A stretch of DNA of 64,000 bases, from positions 960,001 to 1,024,000 of the forward strand of contig CP147779.1 of assembly GCA_037308085.1 (NCBI GenBank), given 5' to 3'. Of this stretch, positions 1 to 9,912 are shown piece after piece. Position 1 is the first letter of the stretch. Each line of letters starts with the position of its first letter. Both the position numbers and the translations under genes were made by a program. The DNA is from Promethearchaeati archaeon SRVP18_Atabeyarchaeia-1 (GTDB lineage Archaea > Asgardarchaeota > Atabeyarchaeia > Atabeyarchaeales > Atabeyarchaeaceae). Under the pieces are notes generated by a model. That model was not told where the DNA came from and did no database searches. It was given only the letters and a program-made list of their open reading frames with translations.

Positions 1-39
1 CGCTCACTCAAAATAGGGGTTTCAGGCCCCTGCCTGAAA

Positions 40-1245
40 CTATCTTCTCCCTACTCTTCTGAAACTAATCACAAGAATAACGAGAAACAACGCAGAGGCG
101 GCGAATAGTACAATCGTTAAGACACTTGCAATGTTCAGCGCATTGGTAAAGCGGAAAACGAAGTCAATTGCAAAGAAACCTATCAAGAAGATGAATCCCC
201 AAGGGGAACTTCTCTCACCGGATCTGCGCAGGCCTCTAAACGTCGATAGCAGGAATATGATTGCCACAATCGCCAGACAGACTGGATTGATGTAGTTCAT
301 GAGTAAGGAATGGGTGAGGTCGCCTCCAGCTGGGGTCCAACCTATCTGAGGAATTGGCAGATAGAGCAGGACACCCAAGTACACGAAGACAAGGAAGATG
401 GCTGCCTCAAACAGCCATATGAGTTTTGCAGGGGCTCTAGTCGAATACATTCCATACTTCTGGAACTCAAACTCAGCCGCCCCCGCGTAGATGAACCATA
501 TCAGGGAGCCAACGGCTAGGGCATCGCCCAAGCACAATGAGAATACGTAGATTATGGGGACATTGATCTCCCAAGAGCTCCAAATAAGGCCCAGCGCGTC
601 AATGTAGGGTGTGATGATGCGGATTAGAAGAATCCCTGGCACACCTATGAAAACAGCCGACAGCAAGATGATGAAGAGGATTTTTCTGCGCCTTCCCCCG
701 CTTCTGATGTAGTCCCGTCCATAGTATATCCTGCCTACAAGCACGGCGCCGCCGATAACGGCTAAGACTGGTGAAAAGAACGGGAGCGCAAAGAAGACGA
801 GAATTATCAATGTGTTGAAGCCGTAGAAAGTCCTATACCTTACCGGAATGATCGTCGTCGTCTCGCTCATGTGCTGGATCGCGTCTGCCAACCTGTCTTT
901 GTTGAGGTAGATGAAGAGGACCCAGGGTATTGAAAAGAATAAGGGTGCCACGAAGAGTCGCGTAGGCCAGTAGAAAATGGAGCTTCCGAGCACGGATCCA
1001 ATCCCCCACAGATCAACAAGCGCACCAAGGGTCCAGAAATAGACAAGTATTCCTATAGTCCCCAACACGACCCCCAATCTAGAATACTGCATGCCCATGT
1101 TTCTATCTACCCACTTGAAGTAGCTCTCTTTTGAGCCAAAACTAGTTGTGTTCAGCAGATATTCTTTTCTCTCGCTAGATACTAATGGGTTCGTATCCAA
1201 GGTCACCTTCAGTCTCTCAGTAAAGCCTGGAAAGGCATCGATCAT
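40..1245 (-). CDS. Multi-pass membrane protein, unknown function
   Basis: 401-aa ORF with about 10 hydrophobic segments; no family motif recognised. Confidence 0.75.
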   Translation of the reverse strand: MIDAFPGFTERLKVTLDTNPLVSSERKEYLLNTTSFGSKESYFKWVDRNMGMQYSRLGVVLGTIGILVYFWTLGALVDLWGIGSVLGSSIFYWPTRLFVAPLFFSIPWVLFIYLNKDRLADAIQHMSETTTIIPVRYRTFYGFNTLIILVFFALPFFSPVLAVIGGAVLVGRIYYGRDYIRSGGRRRKILFIILLSAVFIGVPGILLIRIITPYIDALGLIWSSWEINVPIIYVFSLCLGDALAVGSLIWFIYAGAAEFEFQKYGMYSTRAPAKLIWLFEAAIFLVFVYLGVLLYLPIPQIGWTPAGGDLTHSLLMNYINPVCLAIVAIIFLLSTFRGLRRSGERSSPWGFIFLIGFFAIDFVFRFTNALNIASVLTIVLFAASALFLVILVISFRRVGRR

Positions 1246-1296
1246 ATTCTTTCAAGAAGATAGAATTGACGGGTCGACTAGGAGGCCCAGAGAAAT

Positions 1297-1881
1297 ATGC
1301 CTAACAATGCGAAACTGCATCAACTGGAATGCTTGAACGGTAGACGAATATATCTGAGAACTTTCTCCAAGGATGACCTCCGCCACACCCTGAGGTGGTC
1401 CAGTGATCCTGAAATCAGAAGGTTGATAGGCGAAGTCACTGCCGCGACTCAAGCGGAGGCCAAGAAATGGTACAGAGAGTTGCGCGCTGACAAGGATCGG
1501 ATATGGTTCGCAATCGTACTCAGAGAAAGTGACAGGGTAATAGGAGAGGCCGGACTGCTACGCATGTTCAGACCTTGGCGCTGCACAGACATGACAATAA
1601 TTATCGGGGAGAAAGATACCTGGGGGAACGGTTATGGCAGAGAGGCAGGTCTTCTTCTCCTCGACTACGCCTTCAAGGTGTTAGGCTTCCACAGGATCTC
1701 GATAGGAGTTGTCGGACTCAATGAGCGAGCTCTTCGGTTCTGGGAGAAGCTGGGGTTCAAGAAGGAAGGTATCGAGAGAGATGGATATTTCTGTGATGAC
1801 AAGTACAGCGATTTTGTCATGATGAGTATCCTCGAAAACGAATTTGAAGCACTGGAAAAGCTGAGACAGCCCTCCACTTGA
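1297..1881 (+). CDS. GNAT N-acetyltransferase, RimJ/RimL-like
   Basis: RIYLRTF start, WGNGYGREA acetyl-CoA motif, N..A...EKLGF..EG motif. Confidence 0.85.
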   Translation: MPNNAKLHQLECLNGRRIYLRTFSKDDLRHTLRWSSDPEIRRLIGEVTAATQAEAKKWYRELRADKDRIWFAIVLRESDRVIGEAGLLRMFRPWRCTDMTIIIGEKDTWGNGYGREAGLLLLDYAFKVLGFHRISIGVVGLNERALRFWEKLGFKKEGIERDGYFCDDKYSDFVMMSILENEFEALEKLRQPST

Positions 1882-1971
1882 CCTGCTATCCTGAGTGTGA
1901 GAAGCTTAAAAAGGAAAAATACATGAGAAATCTAATTAACCAATAACAAGCAGACGGGGTTTAGGTGTCTT

Positions 1972-2301
1972 ATGTCCCAAGTAGTTCCCATAACCGAATT
2001 CCAGAAGCTCGATATAAGAGTCGGCAAGGTCACGAAGGCGGAGAGAATTGCATCCTCAAAGAAACTAGTCAAACTGAAAGTCGACATAGGAAATGAGACG
2101 CGAGAGATAGTTGCAGGAGTAGCGGAGTTCTACAGCCCAGAAGATCTTCAAGACAAGAACCTCATAATTCTGACGAACTTGGAACCAAGGAAGGTCATGG
2201 GTGTCCAAAGCCAAGGCATGATACTCGCTGCTGATGTCAGTGGAAGGCCGTATGTGATCTTCGCTGAACCGTCAATCCCTCCGGGCGCCAAGGTTCGCTG
2301 A
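1972..2301 (+). CDS. tRNA-binding OB-fold protein (Trbp111 / MetRS C-terminal domain-like)
   Basis: FQKLDIRVGKV, NLEPRKVMGVQSQGMILAA, PGAKVR. Confidence 0.9.
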   Translation: MSQVVPITEFQKLDIRVGKVTKAERIASSKKLVKLKVDIGNETREIVAGVAEFYSPEDLQDKNLIILTNLEPRKVMGVQSQGMILAADVSGRPYVIFAEPSIPPGAKVR

Positions 2302-3129
2302 AAGATGAGCCTCTTTGCGCCTGTTGAGATTTGTCAGTATGTTCCTGCAGAGGTAAGCGTTCGCTGCTGCGATAAATGATAGCCTAGAGGTTGGCAACAA
2401 CTCAGCATCTACCTCGGCTCCTTTTTCATTCACAATTACTCCGCCAGCTTCCTTGAGGATCAGGTACGCTGCGGCGATGTCGGTGACCCTGCCTACTCCC
2501 CTTAGATCCACGAAGGCATCATATTTCCCTGATGCTACGAAGCACATTTCCAAAGCGTTTGTGCCAAGGTGTCTCTTCCTTTTAGCTATGTTAAGGATAC
2601 CCATGATATTCTTGGTATAGCTTCGCAAGTCTACTATGTTAAGGTCTATTCCAATCGTGCTGTCTGAAAGCCTTTTGCTCTTTGAGGGCGTTATTGTCTG
2701 CCCGTCAAGCTTTGCTCCTTTGTGTAGCTCGGCCTCGTAGATGATTCCGCCGGGTAGGTCAGCTACGAGAGCCTCATTCACATCAATTAGGCGGTTGCCG
2801 TCGGCGAACGCCACTGAAAACGAGTATCCGCGGATCCCGACTATCGCATTGTAGCTTCCGTCAATCGGATCCAGAACTATCCTTTCGTTCTTCGCTTCTC
2901 CATAGTCTTTCATTCCCAGCTCTTCGCTTATCAGCGTGAATGGCTTGCCATGTTGCCGGAGGACTTCGATTGCAGCCTTCTCAGCTACCGCGTCTATCCT
3001 TCTGGTAACGTCTCCGTCCCCCCTGACGGTTAGCGGCTCGGCGGCCCTCCGGGTTCCGACAAGGGGTTCAATGGCGTCCCTCACTGCCTTCGATGCCTCT
3101 TTGAATGATGGGAGCCAGCCACTTGTCAA
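2272..3129 (-). CDS. suhB: Inositol monophosphatase / FBPase family
   Basis: ISEE, LDPIDGS and DIAAAYLI.EAGG motifs. Confidence 0.85.
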   Translation of the reverse strand: MTSGWLPSFKEASKAVRDAIEPLVGTRRAAEPLTVRGDGDVTRRIDAVAEKAAIEVLRQHGKPFTLISEELGMKDYGEAKNERIVLDPIDGSYNAIVGIRGYSFSVAFADGNRLIDVNEALVADLPGGIIYEAELHKGAKLDGQTITPSKSKRLSDSTIGIDLNIVDLRSYTKNIMGILNIAKRKRHLGTNALEMCFVASGKYDAFVDLRGVGRVTDIAAAYLILKEAGGVIVNEKGAEVDAELLPTSRLSFIAAANAYLCRNILTNLNRRKEAHLSANLGARRD

Positions 3130-3250
3130 GATTTGGTCAACTCCAGATCGCGACTGATAGAAGATAGGGGCACATGATTCAGATTGAAGTAGATCGTTCA
3201 GCCTAATAATACGGCTTGTAGTTATTTATAGTGAGGAGCCCTAAAGAAGA

Positions 3251-4078
3251 GTGGGTGATGCTCCCATGAGTAAAAGGCCGACTAGTTTCAAAGAAGTTAT
3301 GGAGGCAAGCTCGCTTTCGCGTGGAACTAGAGTGGTTTTGGCTCTCGACATATCCGCCAGGCTTCCCAAGGACGGTATGGAGAAGGTTCGCAATGAGCTG
3401 CTGAATAAGGCTTCAAGTACTTTGGATGCCGCAAACAAACACATTGCAGCGCTTAAGATCAATCACCAGCTCGTATTGCCGTTGGGTCTCTACGATATGA
3501 TGCAGGTTATTATTAAGAAGGCGAAGAAATACGGGCTACCGTTGATAATGGACTGCAAAGCCAATGATGTCGAACACACGAACAGGTGGATTGCCCTCCA
3601 CTATTTTGACGCGGGATTCGACGCGATCATAGCGAATCCCTTCGTTGGATGGGAAGGTGGAATAGAGCCGATCATGAGTGAGTCTAAGGTGGAAGGAAAA
3701 GGAGTGATCCTGTTGACCTATATGTCCCACAAGGGAGCAACCGAGGGATATGGTCAGCGAGTGCTGACAGCGGATTCAGCGAAACCAAGACCACAGTACA
3801 TGCTCTTCGCAGAGAAAGCCGTCAAGTGGGGAGCCGATGGTGTCGTGGTCGGAGCCACCTATCCTGAGAGGATTAGAGAAGTCCATGAAGTAACAAAAGG
3901 CAGAGTCCCTATATACTCACCGGGAATAGGCGCCCAGGGCGGCGAAATAGATGCAGCGTTCAAGGCTGGGTGCGAGTACGCGATAATAGGCAGGTCGATA
4001 TATGAGTCTGATAGCCCAGAGAATGCGGCAGCCGAAATCAAAGACAAGATAAACGGGGTACTATCCAAGCTCAAATGA
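3251..4078 (+). CDS. pyrF: Orotidine-5'-phosphate decarboxylase
   Basis: LALD, DCKANDV (DxKxxD), VVGAT, SPGIGAQGG, IGRSIY; start may be ATG 3266. Confidence 0.9.
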   Translation: MGDAPMSKRPTSFKEVMEASSLSRGTRVVLALDISARLPKDGMEKVRNELLNKASSTLDAANKHIAALKINHQLVLPLGLYDMMQVIIKKAKKYGLPLIMDCKANDVEHTNRWIALHYFDAGFDAIIANPFVGWEGGIEPIMSESKVEGKGVILLTYMSHKGATEGYGQRVLTADSAKPRPQYMLFAEKAVKWGADGVVVGATYPERIREVHEVTKGRVPIYSPGIGAQGGEIDAAFKAGCEYAIIGRSIYESDSPENAAAEIKDKINGVLSKLK

Positions 4079-4164
4079 CCGGTGTCGGGTCTTCACCCAA
4101 TCAATCTAATCAAATTGCGTTCTGGGTTTTCCTAAACGCCATGATATAGAAAACTAGTTCTAGG

Positions 4165-4256
4165 AGCTGGGAGCAGGAATCGAACCTGCGTGAACGGGTT
4201 TCTATCAGCTCTTAGTTCCTCTGCAGCCCGTTGCCTCTCTCCTAGGCTATCCCAGC
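4165..4256 (-). tRNA. tRNA-Cys(GCA) with a 21-nt intron at position 37/38 (intron 4200-4220)
   Basis: Minus strand: GCTGGGA/TCCCAGC acceptor stem, GCCT/AGGC D stem, ACGGG-CTGCAG[intron]A-CCCGT anticodon arm, GCAGG-TTCGATT-CCTGC T arm, U73 discriminator. Confidence 0.95.
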
Positions 4257-4446
4257 TCACACAAGGGGGAATCGCTGATGAGTCCGGTACCAAGCACATA
4301 TCCAAGACCTGTTCTTTAAAGTTTTGTCGAGCATGTGAGGACAGACTGAAAACTCTAATAATTGAAGAATTATAGTGTCATTAGAGCAGCCCTTAGGCTG
4401 GCAGGTGCCATTGTTTATTCGATGGCAGTAGCGAGGTAGTTCTCCA

Positions 4447-5685
4447 TTGTGGTTCGATTCAATTGATCTTGATCGATACAGGAACCTCCACAGAAGGATT
4501 AGTGGAAACCTCATCAACGTCAACCCGATTCAAACGGGTGGCGTCATACCCCTTGAGGCACGGAAAGCGTTACAGGAATTTCTGGATGGCTACTCTGTAT
4601 GCGATTTTTGCAGTGTGCCTGGCGGTGGAAGGCTTGACTCAATCAAGGACCCTCCTATCAGCAATTTCATGATCGATTTGGCGAAGTTTGTAGATATGGA
4701 CGAAGTTCGCGTTGTTCACGGGGCAAGGGAGGGGATATTCGCGGTAATGCATTCAATCGCAAGACCAGGTGAAACAGTAGTCGTCGATAGTCTCGCTCAC
4801 TATACGACCTACGTTGCCGCCGAAAATGCGGGGCTTAACGTTGTAGAGGTGCCGCATAGCGGTCCTCCATTCTTCCGGCTCACATCAGAAGGTTTCGCCG
4901 AGAAGGTAGAGGAAGTAAGGCAGACAACTGGCAGGAACCCTTCCTTAATTGTGCTCTCCCACGTCGACTACGAATATGGCAACCTAGCAGATGCTGGCGG
5001 TATTGGCAGAACCGCAAGAAAGTATGGCATACCATTCCTTCTAAACTGCGCTTACACCGTTGGAAGAATGCCCGTCTCTGGTCGCCAGCTCCAAGCAGAT
5101 TTCCTGGTCGCGTCGGCACACAAATCCATGGCCACTTGTGGTCCTGCCGGTCTCTTGGCAGCCACGTCTGACTTCGCAAAGCGAACCTTCAGAAGATCCA
5201 CAAATACAGGCACCTGGTCTGGGAAGAAACTTGGTAAGAAAGACGTTGAATTCCTAGGTTGCACTTTAAGGGGTCTTCCAGTGGTTTCGATGATGGCGAG
5301 CTTTCCTCATGTAGTTGAACGAGTGAGGAAATGGGAGGATGAAGTCAACAAAGCTAGATGGTTCGCCAGTCAGCTTGAGAGGATTGAAGGAATCAAACAA
5401 CTCGGCGATAAACCACACAACCATGACATCACCTTCTACGATTCTCCCCCCTTGGCGAAAATAGCTGAAAAACACAAGAGAAAAGGTTTCTTCCTCTACG
5501 ATGAACTTAAGGAGAAAGGCATTATGGGTCTTGAGCCTGGGCTCTCAAAGTCCTTCCACCTCAGCACGTACATGCTGACATGGGATCAGGTCAGGAGTGT
5601 CGCCGATGCCTTCAGATTCGTAGCCGAGAAGTACTCCATGCCTCACGAGAGAGAGAACATCAAGTCTCAATTGTTGTCAAACTAG
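4447..5685 (+). CDS. pscS: Sep-tRNA:Cys-tRNA synthase (SepCysS)
   Basis: INVNPIQTGG, DGYSVCDFC, GAREG, AHYTT, SAHKSM (PLP lysine), LGCT; divergent from tRNA-Cys. Confidence 0.92.
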   Translation: MWFDSIDLDRYRNLHRRISGNLINVNPIQTGGVIPLEARKALQEFLDGYSVCDFCSVPGGGRLDSIKDPPISNFMIDLAKFVDMDEVRVVHGAREGIFAVMHSIARPGETVVVDSLAHYTTYVAAENAGLNVVEVPHSGPPFFRLTSEGFAEKVEEVRQTTGRNPSLIVLSHVDYEYGNLADAGGIGRTARKYGIPFLLNCAYTVGRMPVSGRQLQADFLVASAHKSMATCGPAGLLAATSDFAKRTFRRSTNTGTWSGKKLGKKDVEFLGCTLRGLPVVSMMASFPHVVERVRKWEDEVNKARWFASQLERIEGIKQLGDKPHNHDITFYDSPPLAKIAEKHKRKGFFLYDELKEKGIMGLEPGLSKSFHLSTYMLTWDQVRSVADAFRFVAEKYSMPHERENIKSQLLSN

Positions 5686-5735
5686 GTCGAAAGGTTATGA
5701 AAACGAGAGCGTGCTAGCCTGATCTTGACCCGCAA

Positions 5736-5900
5736 TCATTGTATTCCTTTTGGCTTACCTCTCACCCACAGCTCCTTCTTCAACATGTCTCTGATGGCGA
5801 CCCTCATTGCCTCACTGCGATTAGGATAGATTCCTGCGCTGACCAACTGATCGATACCGGTAAGGTAAACCTCAGGCAGTTTGACCGTAATCAACTTCAA
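5736..5900 (-). CDS. Ribbon-helix-helix CopG/CdrS-like regulator
   Basis: MKLITVKLPEVYLTGIDQLVSAGIYPNRSEAMRVAIRDML; TTG start at 5900 (or ATG 5918) inside the longer predicted ORF. Confidence 0.85.
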   Translation of the reverse strand: MKLITVKLPEVYLTGIDQLVSAGIYPNRSEAMRVAIRDMLKKELWVRGKPKGIQ

Positions 5901-6125
5901 AAGGACAACATCCCCCATCACGGAAGAAGGGTAATACCACCGTAACACACGAGAACAGATGCCATTTTTCCATAATAAGATTTTCCTATGGAGCCAGCGG
6001 GAACAAACGGAAGAACAAGGTGTGGAGGCAAAGCTGGTGAATAGTGGAGTAGGATTAATAACATGGCTCCATAATATAGTAGCTTGTTTCTCTCGCAAAC
6101 CTGTACTATACGAGGGCGGAACCAA

Positions 6126-6944
6126 ATGACTGCAAGTTCGGAGAGGGTTGGATACTTCAAGACTGGCATCAAAGCCTTGGATCTTTCCCTTCCAGAGGGT
6201 ATTCCGCGCAATAGTTTTGTGCTGGTTAGTGGCGAAGGGGGAACGGGAAAATCAGTCTTGCTGACACAGTTGATTTATGAACGTCTCAAGCAAGGGGAAC
6301 CTTGTATCCTGCTTTGTCTGGACGACTCTCCGCGAGGATTCATGCAACAGCTAACAAGTTTCGGCTGGTTTCCAGAGCCATTTCTAGAGAAGAACCTGCT
6401 TCACTTCATCGACTGCTACTCTTACAGGATGAATCCAGATGAATCATCAATACCCAGCTACACAACGTACATCAAGGCACCAACAGATCTCGACAACCTC
6501 CAAGCTAACGTAGCTGACGCAGTTGACAAACTTGGTATGCACAATCGTGGTGCGGTCTTCATCGACTCTATAACTGAACTCTGGTTCCTTAACCTGAAAG
6601 AACCCTATGCAACCGTCGAGTATGTGAAAACATGGAGAGCAGAATTCTCAAAGGAGCGCCTAGTCCCGGTCTTCTGCTCTCATCACTACGGACTCAAAGT
6701 CTTCGAAGTCTACGAAGAACTGTTGGAGTATATTGTCGACGGCGTAGTGGATCTACGTTACGAACCCAACCTGATGAAGATTGGAATGCTAGTCAAGCAA
6801 CTAAGAATCAGAAAGTTGAAGGGTGTGCACCACGACTCCAACTGGGTCACTTTTACCGTCTCTGGCGAAGGAATAGACCTGCTGAAGCTAAGATCGAGAC
6901 CACCGAAGAAACAAGAGCGCGAAGAGTCAACCGCCGCCGAATAG
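6126..6944 (+). CDS. KaiC/RAD55-family RecA-like ATPase, single domain
   Basis: TGIKALD..L..GIP, GEGGTGKS Walker A, FIDS Walker B, IRKLKG. Confidence 0.88.
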   Translation: MTASSERVGYFKTGIKALDLSLPEGIPRNSFVLVSGEGGTGKSVLLTQLIYERLKQGEPCILLCLDDSPRGFMQQLTSFGWFPEPFLEKNLLHFIDCYSYRMNPDESSIPSYTTYIKAPTDLDNLQANVADAVDKLGMHNRGAVFIDSITELWFLNLKEPYATVEYVKTWRAEFSKERLVPVFCSHHYGLKVFEVYEELLEYIVDGVVDLRYEPNLMKIGMLVKQLRIRKLKGVHHDSNWVTFTVSGEGIDLLKLRSRPPKKQEREESTAAE

Positions 6945-7237
6945 ATTCTGTAGCTTGCCCTTCCAGTTCTCGTAAAGAGGATGGCTTGTTAGATACCCAT
7001 CGGCGAACGAACGAGGCATCGTCTTCTACTTCTGGCTGTAACGACGAGATGTTACAGATTTCATACTCACCATAAGATAACAGATATGGAAATTCATTTA
7101 TATCCGCAAAAGACTCAATGCCTAAAGTCAAGAATGCCGGAAAACTGGGTTCCACAAGTCGCTGGAGCCTCTACGATGAGGTTCCGGAAGACGAGACTTG
7201 TAGGGAGCATAGCAGTTATCAAAAGAGATGAAGAAAA

Positions 7238-8776
7238 ATGTCGTGTTCAGGCGGCTACTCACTTCCATATACTACAAAAAGCATATGCCCTGAGTGCCTC
7301 AAGGTAATCGACGCGGAAATAAAAGAAGAAGACGGAAAAGTAATCATTGAGAAGACATGCAAGAAACATGGAACCTTCACTGATACGTACTGGGGAGACG
7401 CTGACTATTTCAGGAGAGCCACTTGTGATGACTACGTTGGTGCTGGAGTAAAGAATCCTAGAACGAAGGAGAAGCTAGGATGCCCCTATGACTGCGGGCT
7501 GTGTCCTAACCATAAATCTCACACAGCGCTGGCACTCATCGATGTCACTAACAGGTGCAACCTTCGCTGCCCAATCTGCTTTGCCAATGCTGCTACTTCG
7601 GGTTACGTCTACGAACCTACAATAGAAGAAATACGCGGCATACTCGTTAACTTCAAGAGTAATATGCCTGTTCCAGCGCCGGCTGTTCAGTTCGCAGGCG
7701 GAGAGCCAACTATAAGAAAAGACTTCCCTGACATCGTTAGAACTGCAAGGGAAGTTGGATTCACTCACGTCGAGGCTGCAACGAACGGATTAAGGATTGC
7801 CCAAGACCTCGAATTTGCAAAGGCGATAAAAGATGCGGGCATGAGTACTCTTTACCTGCAATTTGATGGTGTGACGCCAGAACCATACATAGCTGCGCGT
7901 GGAAGAAACCTGCTGCCGCAGAAGATGAAAACTCTTGAGAATTGCAGGAAAGCAGGTCTGCACAGCATCGTCCTAGTTCCCACAGTTGTAAGAGGAGTCA
8001 ATGACAACCAGATCGGAGACATCATACGCTTCGCCATCAAGAACAAAGACATCGTCAGAGGGATAAACTTCCAGCCTGTCTCAATAACGGGTCGTATCGA
8101 CAAGGACGAACGAGGGAAGATGAGAATAACAATACCCGACGTGGTCAAGCTCATGGAAAAGCAGACAAACGGAATGATAAAGGAAGGAGACTTCTATGCC
8201 TGCTGCTCAACAGTTCCACTCAGTAGGGTTCTCGGACCACTGACAGGAAAACCCGGAGTTGAGTTCTCATGTCACCCAGCATGCGGAGTTGCAACATACC
8301 TCTTCATAGAAGAAGACGGAACTGTGAACCCCATAACCCACTACGTTGACTATCAAGGTCTAATCAGAGAACTGGGCGAACGGCAGAAAGCAGGGACACT
8401 CGAAGGGCAGCTTCTGGACGTTGTTGAGAAGTACGTCAAAGACGAGAGCATCGTTGACATGCTACAGACACTCTTCACAGAGCCCTCCTACGAGGCGCTT
8501 GGAAAGTACAGCAGATCGTCTATTCTCGTTGGCTCAATGCACTTCCAGGATCCATACAACTTCGACCTTGCCAGAGTCAGTAGATGCTGCATCCACTATG
8601 GCGTTCCTGCCAAGAAGGGAGTTCCAGGACCAATAATCCCGTTCTGCTCCTATAACTCGATACACCGCCCAGTGGTTGAAAAAGCTCTGGGGATACCGCT
8701 TGACAAGTGGGCCAAGGGCCACCAAGGCGTAACAATCGGCCCGAAGGAAGTTGGCGGTATCGTAGAGAAAGCGTAA
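7238..8776 (+). CDS. tes: Tetraether lipid synthase (GDGT-MAS / MJ0619-like radical SAM enzyme)
   Basis: N-terminal CPEC...CKKHG site, CPYDCGLC, CNLRCPIC radical SAM motif, C-terminal CHPAC, RCCIHY and IPFC. Confidence 0.88.
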   Translation: MSCSGGYSLPYTTKSICPECLKVIDAEIKEEDGKVIIEKTCKKHGTFTDTYWGDADYFRRATCDDYVGAGVKNPRTKEKLGCPYDCGLCPNHKSHTALALIDVTNRCNLRCPICFANAATSGYVYEPTIEEIRGILVNFKSNMPVPAPAVQFAGGEPTIRKDFPDIVRTAREVGFTHVEAATNGLRIAQDLEFAKAIKDAGMSTLYLQFDGVTPEPYIAARGRNLLPQKMKTLENCRKAGLHSIVLVPTVVRGVNDNQIGDIIRFAIKNKDIVRGINFQPVSITGRIDKDERGKMRITIPDVVKLMEKQTNGMIKEGDFYACCSTVPLSRVLGPLTGKPGVEFSCHPACGVATYLFIEEDGTVNPITHYVDYQGLIRELGERQKAGTLEGQLLDVVEKYVKDESIVDMLQTLFTEPSYEALGKYSRSSILVGSMHFQDPYNFDLARVSRCCIHYGVPAKKGVPGPIIPFCSYNSIHRPVVEKALGIPLDKWAKGHQGVTIGPKEVGGIVEKA

Positions 8777-8780
8777 ACTC

Positions 8781-8820
8781 TGGGGAAGGCGCTGATCCGC
8801 CGCACCCCTTTCTTGTTTTT
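8781..8820 (+). terminator. Putative terminator after tes
   Basis: GGGG-AA-GGCG...CGCC-GCA-CCCC hairpin followed by TTTCTTGTTTTT. Confidence 0.45.
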
Positions 8821-8968
8821 CGGGGCATGCTCTCAAGAGTATTGAAGGCATGATTTCTAGGTCGGACAACGTCGTCGTTCCATACCTAGCAAATAGTATA
8901 TCTATCGTAAGCGCATAAAGAATTCGATCCGCTCTCTTCCCACAGAAAAGGAGGGTGTAGTTCAAGTT

Positions 8969-9910
8969 TTGCTCGTCACAGCGCTCAGTGGCGGGGTCGG
9001 AGGCGCCAAACTAGTTCTAGGGCTGTCCAAGATCCTGAAACCGGGAGAGCTAACAGTCATAGTCAATACTGGAGACGATTTCAAACTCTTTGGGCTGCAC
9101 ATCTCCCCCGACCTTGATATAGTAATGTACACCCTTGCCGGAATTGTCGATGAGCAGAAGGGGTGGGGGATCAAAACTGACACATTCAACACGCTTGACG
9201 CCCTAAATGGAAACTACGGGTTGGAGAAGTGGTTTAATCTAGGAGATAAGGACATGGCCACTCATCTGTACCGAACGTCATTGCTCGCTCAAGGTCATAG
9301 CCTCTCAGATGCGACAGCGACAATCTGCTCAGCACTTGGAGTGAAAGGCATAAGAATACTGCCAATGACCGATGACACCGTGCAAACGATGGTCAAGATA
9401 CCGGGCGGCAGGACAATCCACTTCCAAGAATACTTCGTTAAACGCGGATGCAGTGACAGTGTGGCAGGAGTATCGTACAGTGGTTCGAAGACAGCGCGCC
9501 CGGCAAGGGGAGTACTTGAAAGCCTGCGGAAAGCTGACAAGATAATAATATGCCCAAGCAACCCAATCGCCTCCATAGGACCCATGCTGTCAATTCATGG
9601 AATATATCAGGCTCTGAGAAAGGTCAACTGTCCCATCATCGCCGTCAGCCCGATAGTAAAGGGGAGACCTGTGAAGGGACCTGCAGACAAGTTCATGAAA
9701 GGTGCGAAGCTCGACGTCTCTGCCACTGGCATAGCCAAATACTATAAACGATTCTTAGACTATCTCGTAATAGACGAATCAGATGCAGAACTCAGCGACG
9801 AGATAAGATCAATTGGGCTAAAGGCGATCGTTACAAATACAGTTATGAGGACCTTAGAGGAAAAGGTTGAATTGGCAAGGACCCTTCTGAGAGTAGGAAG
9901 TGAGAACTGA
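8969..9910 (+). CDS. cofD: 2-phospho-L-lactate transferase (F420 biosynthesis)
   Basis: [44 protein letters not shown]. Confidence 0.93.
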   Translation: MLVTALSGGVGGAKLVLGLSKILKPGELTVIVNTGDDFKLFGLHISPDLDIVMYTLAGIVDEQKGWGIKTDTFNTLDALNGNYGLEKWFNLGDKDMATHLYRTSLLAQGHSLSDATATICSALGVKGIRILPMTDDTVQTMVKIPGGRTIHFQEYFVKRGCSDSVAGVSYSGSKTARPARGVLESLRKADKIIICPSNPIASIGPMLSIHGIYQALRKVNCPIIAVSPIVKGRPVKGPADKFMKGAKLDVSATGIAKYYKRFLDYLVIDESDAELSDEIRSIGLKAIVTNTVMRTLEEKVELARTLLRVGSEN

Positions 9911-9912
9911 TT

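Noticed and set aside
4275-4310. CTGATGAG resembling a hammerhead ribozyme core or a C box
   Set aside because: No stem II with a GAAA partner and no properly spaced D box; the region is the tRNA leader and promoter on the other strand.
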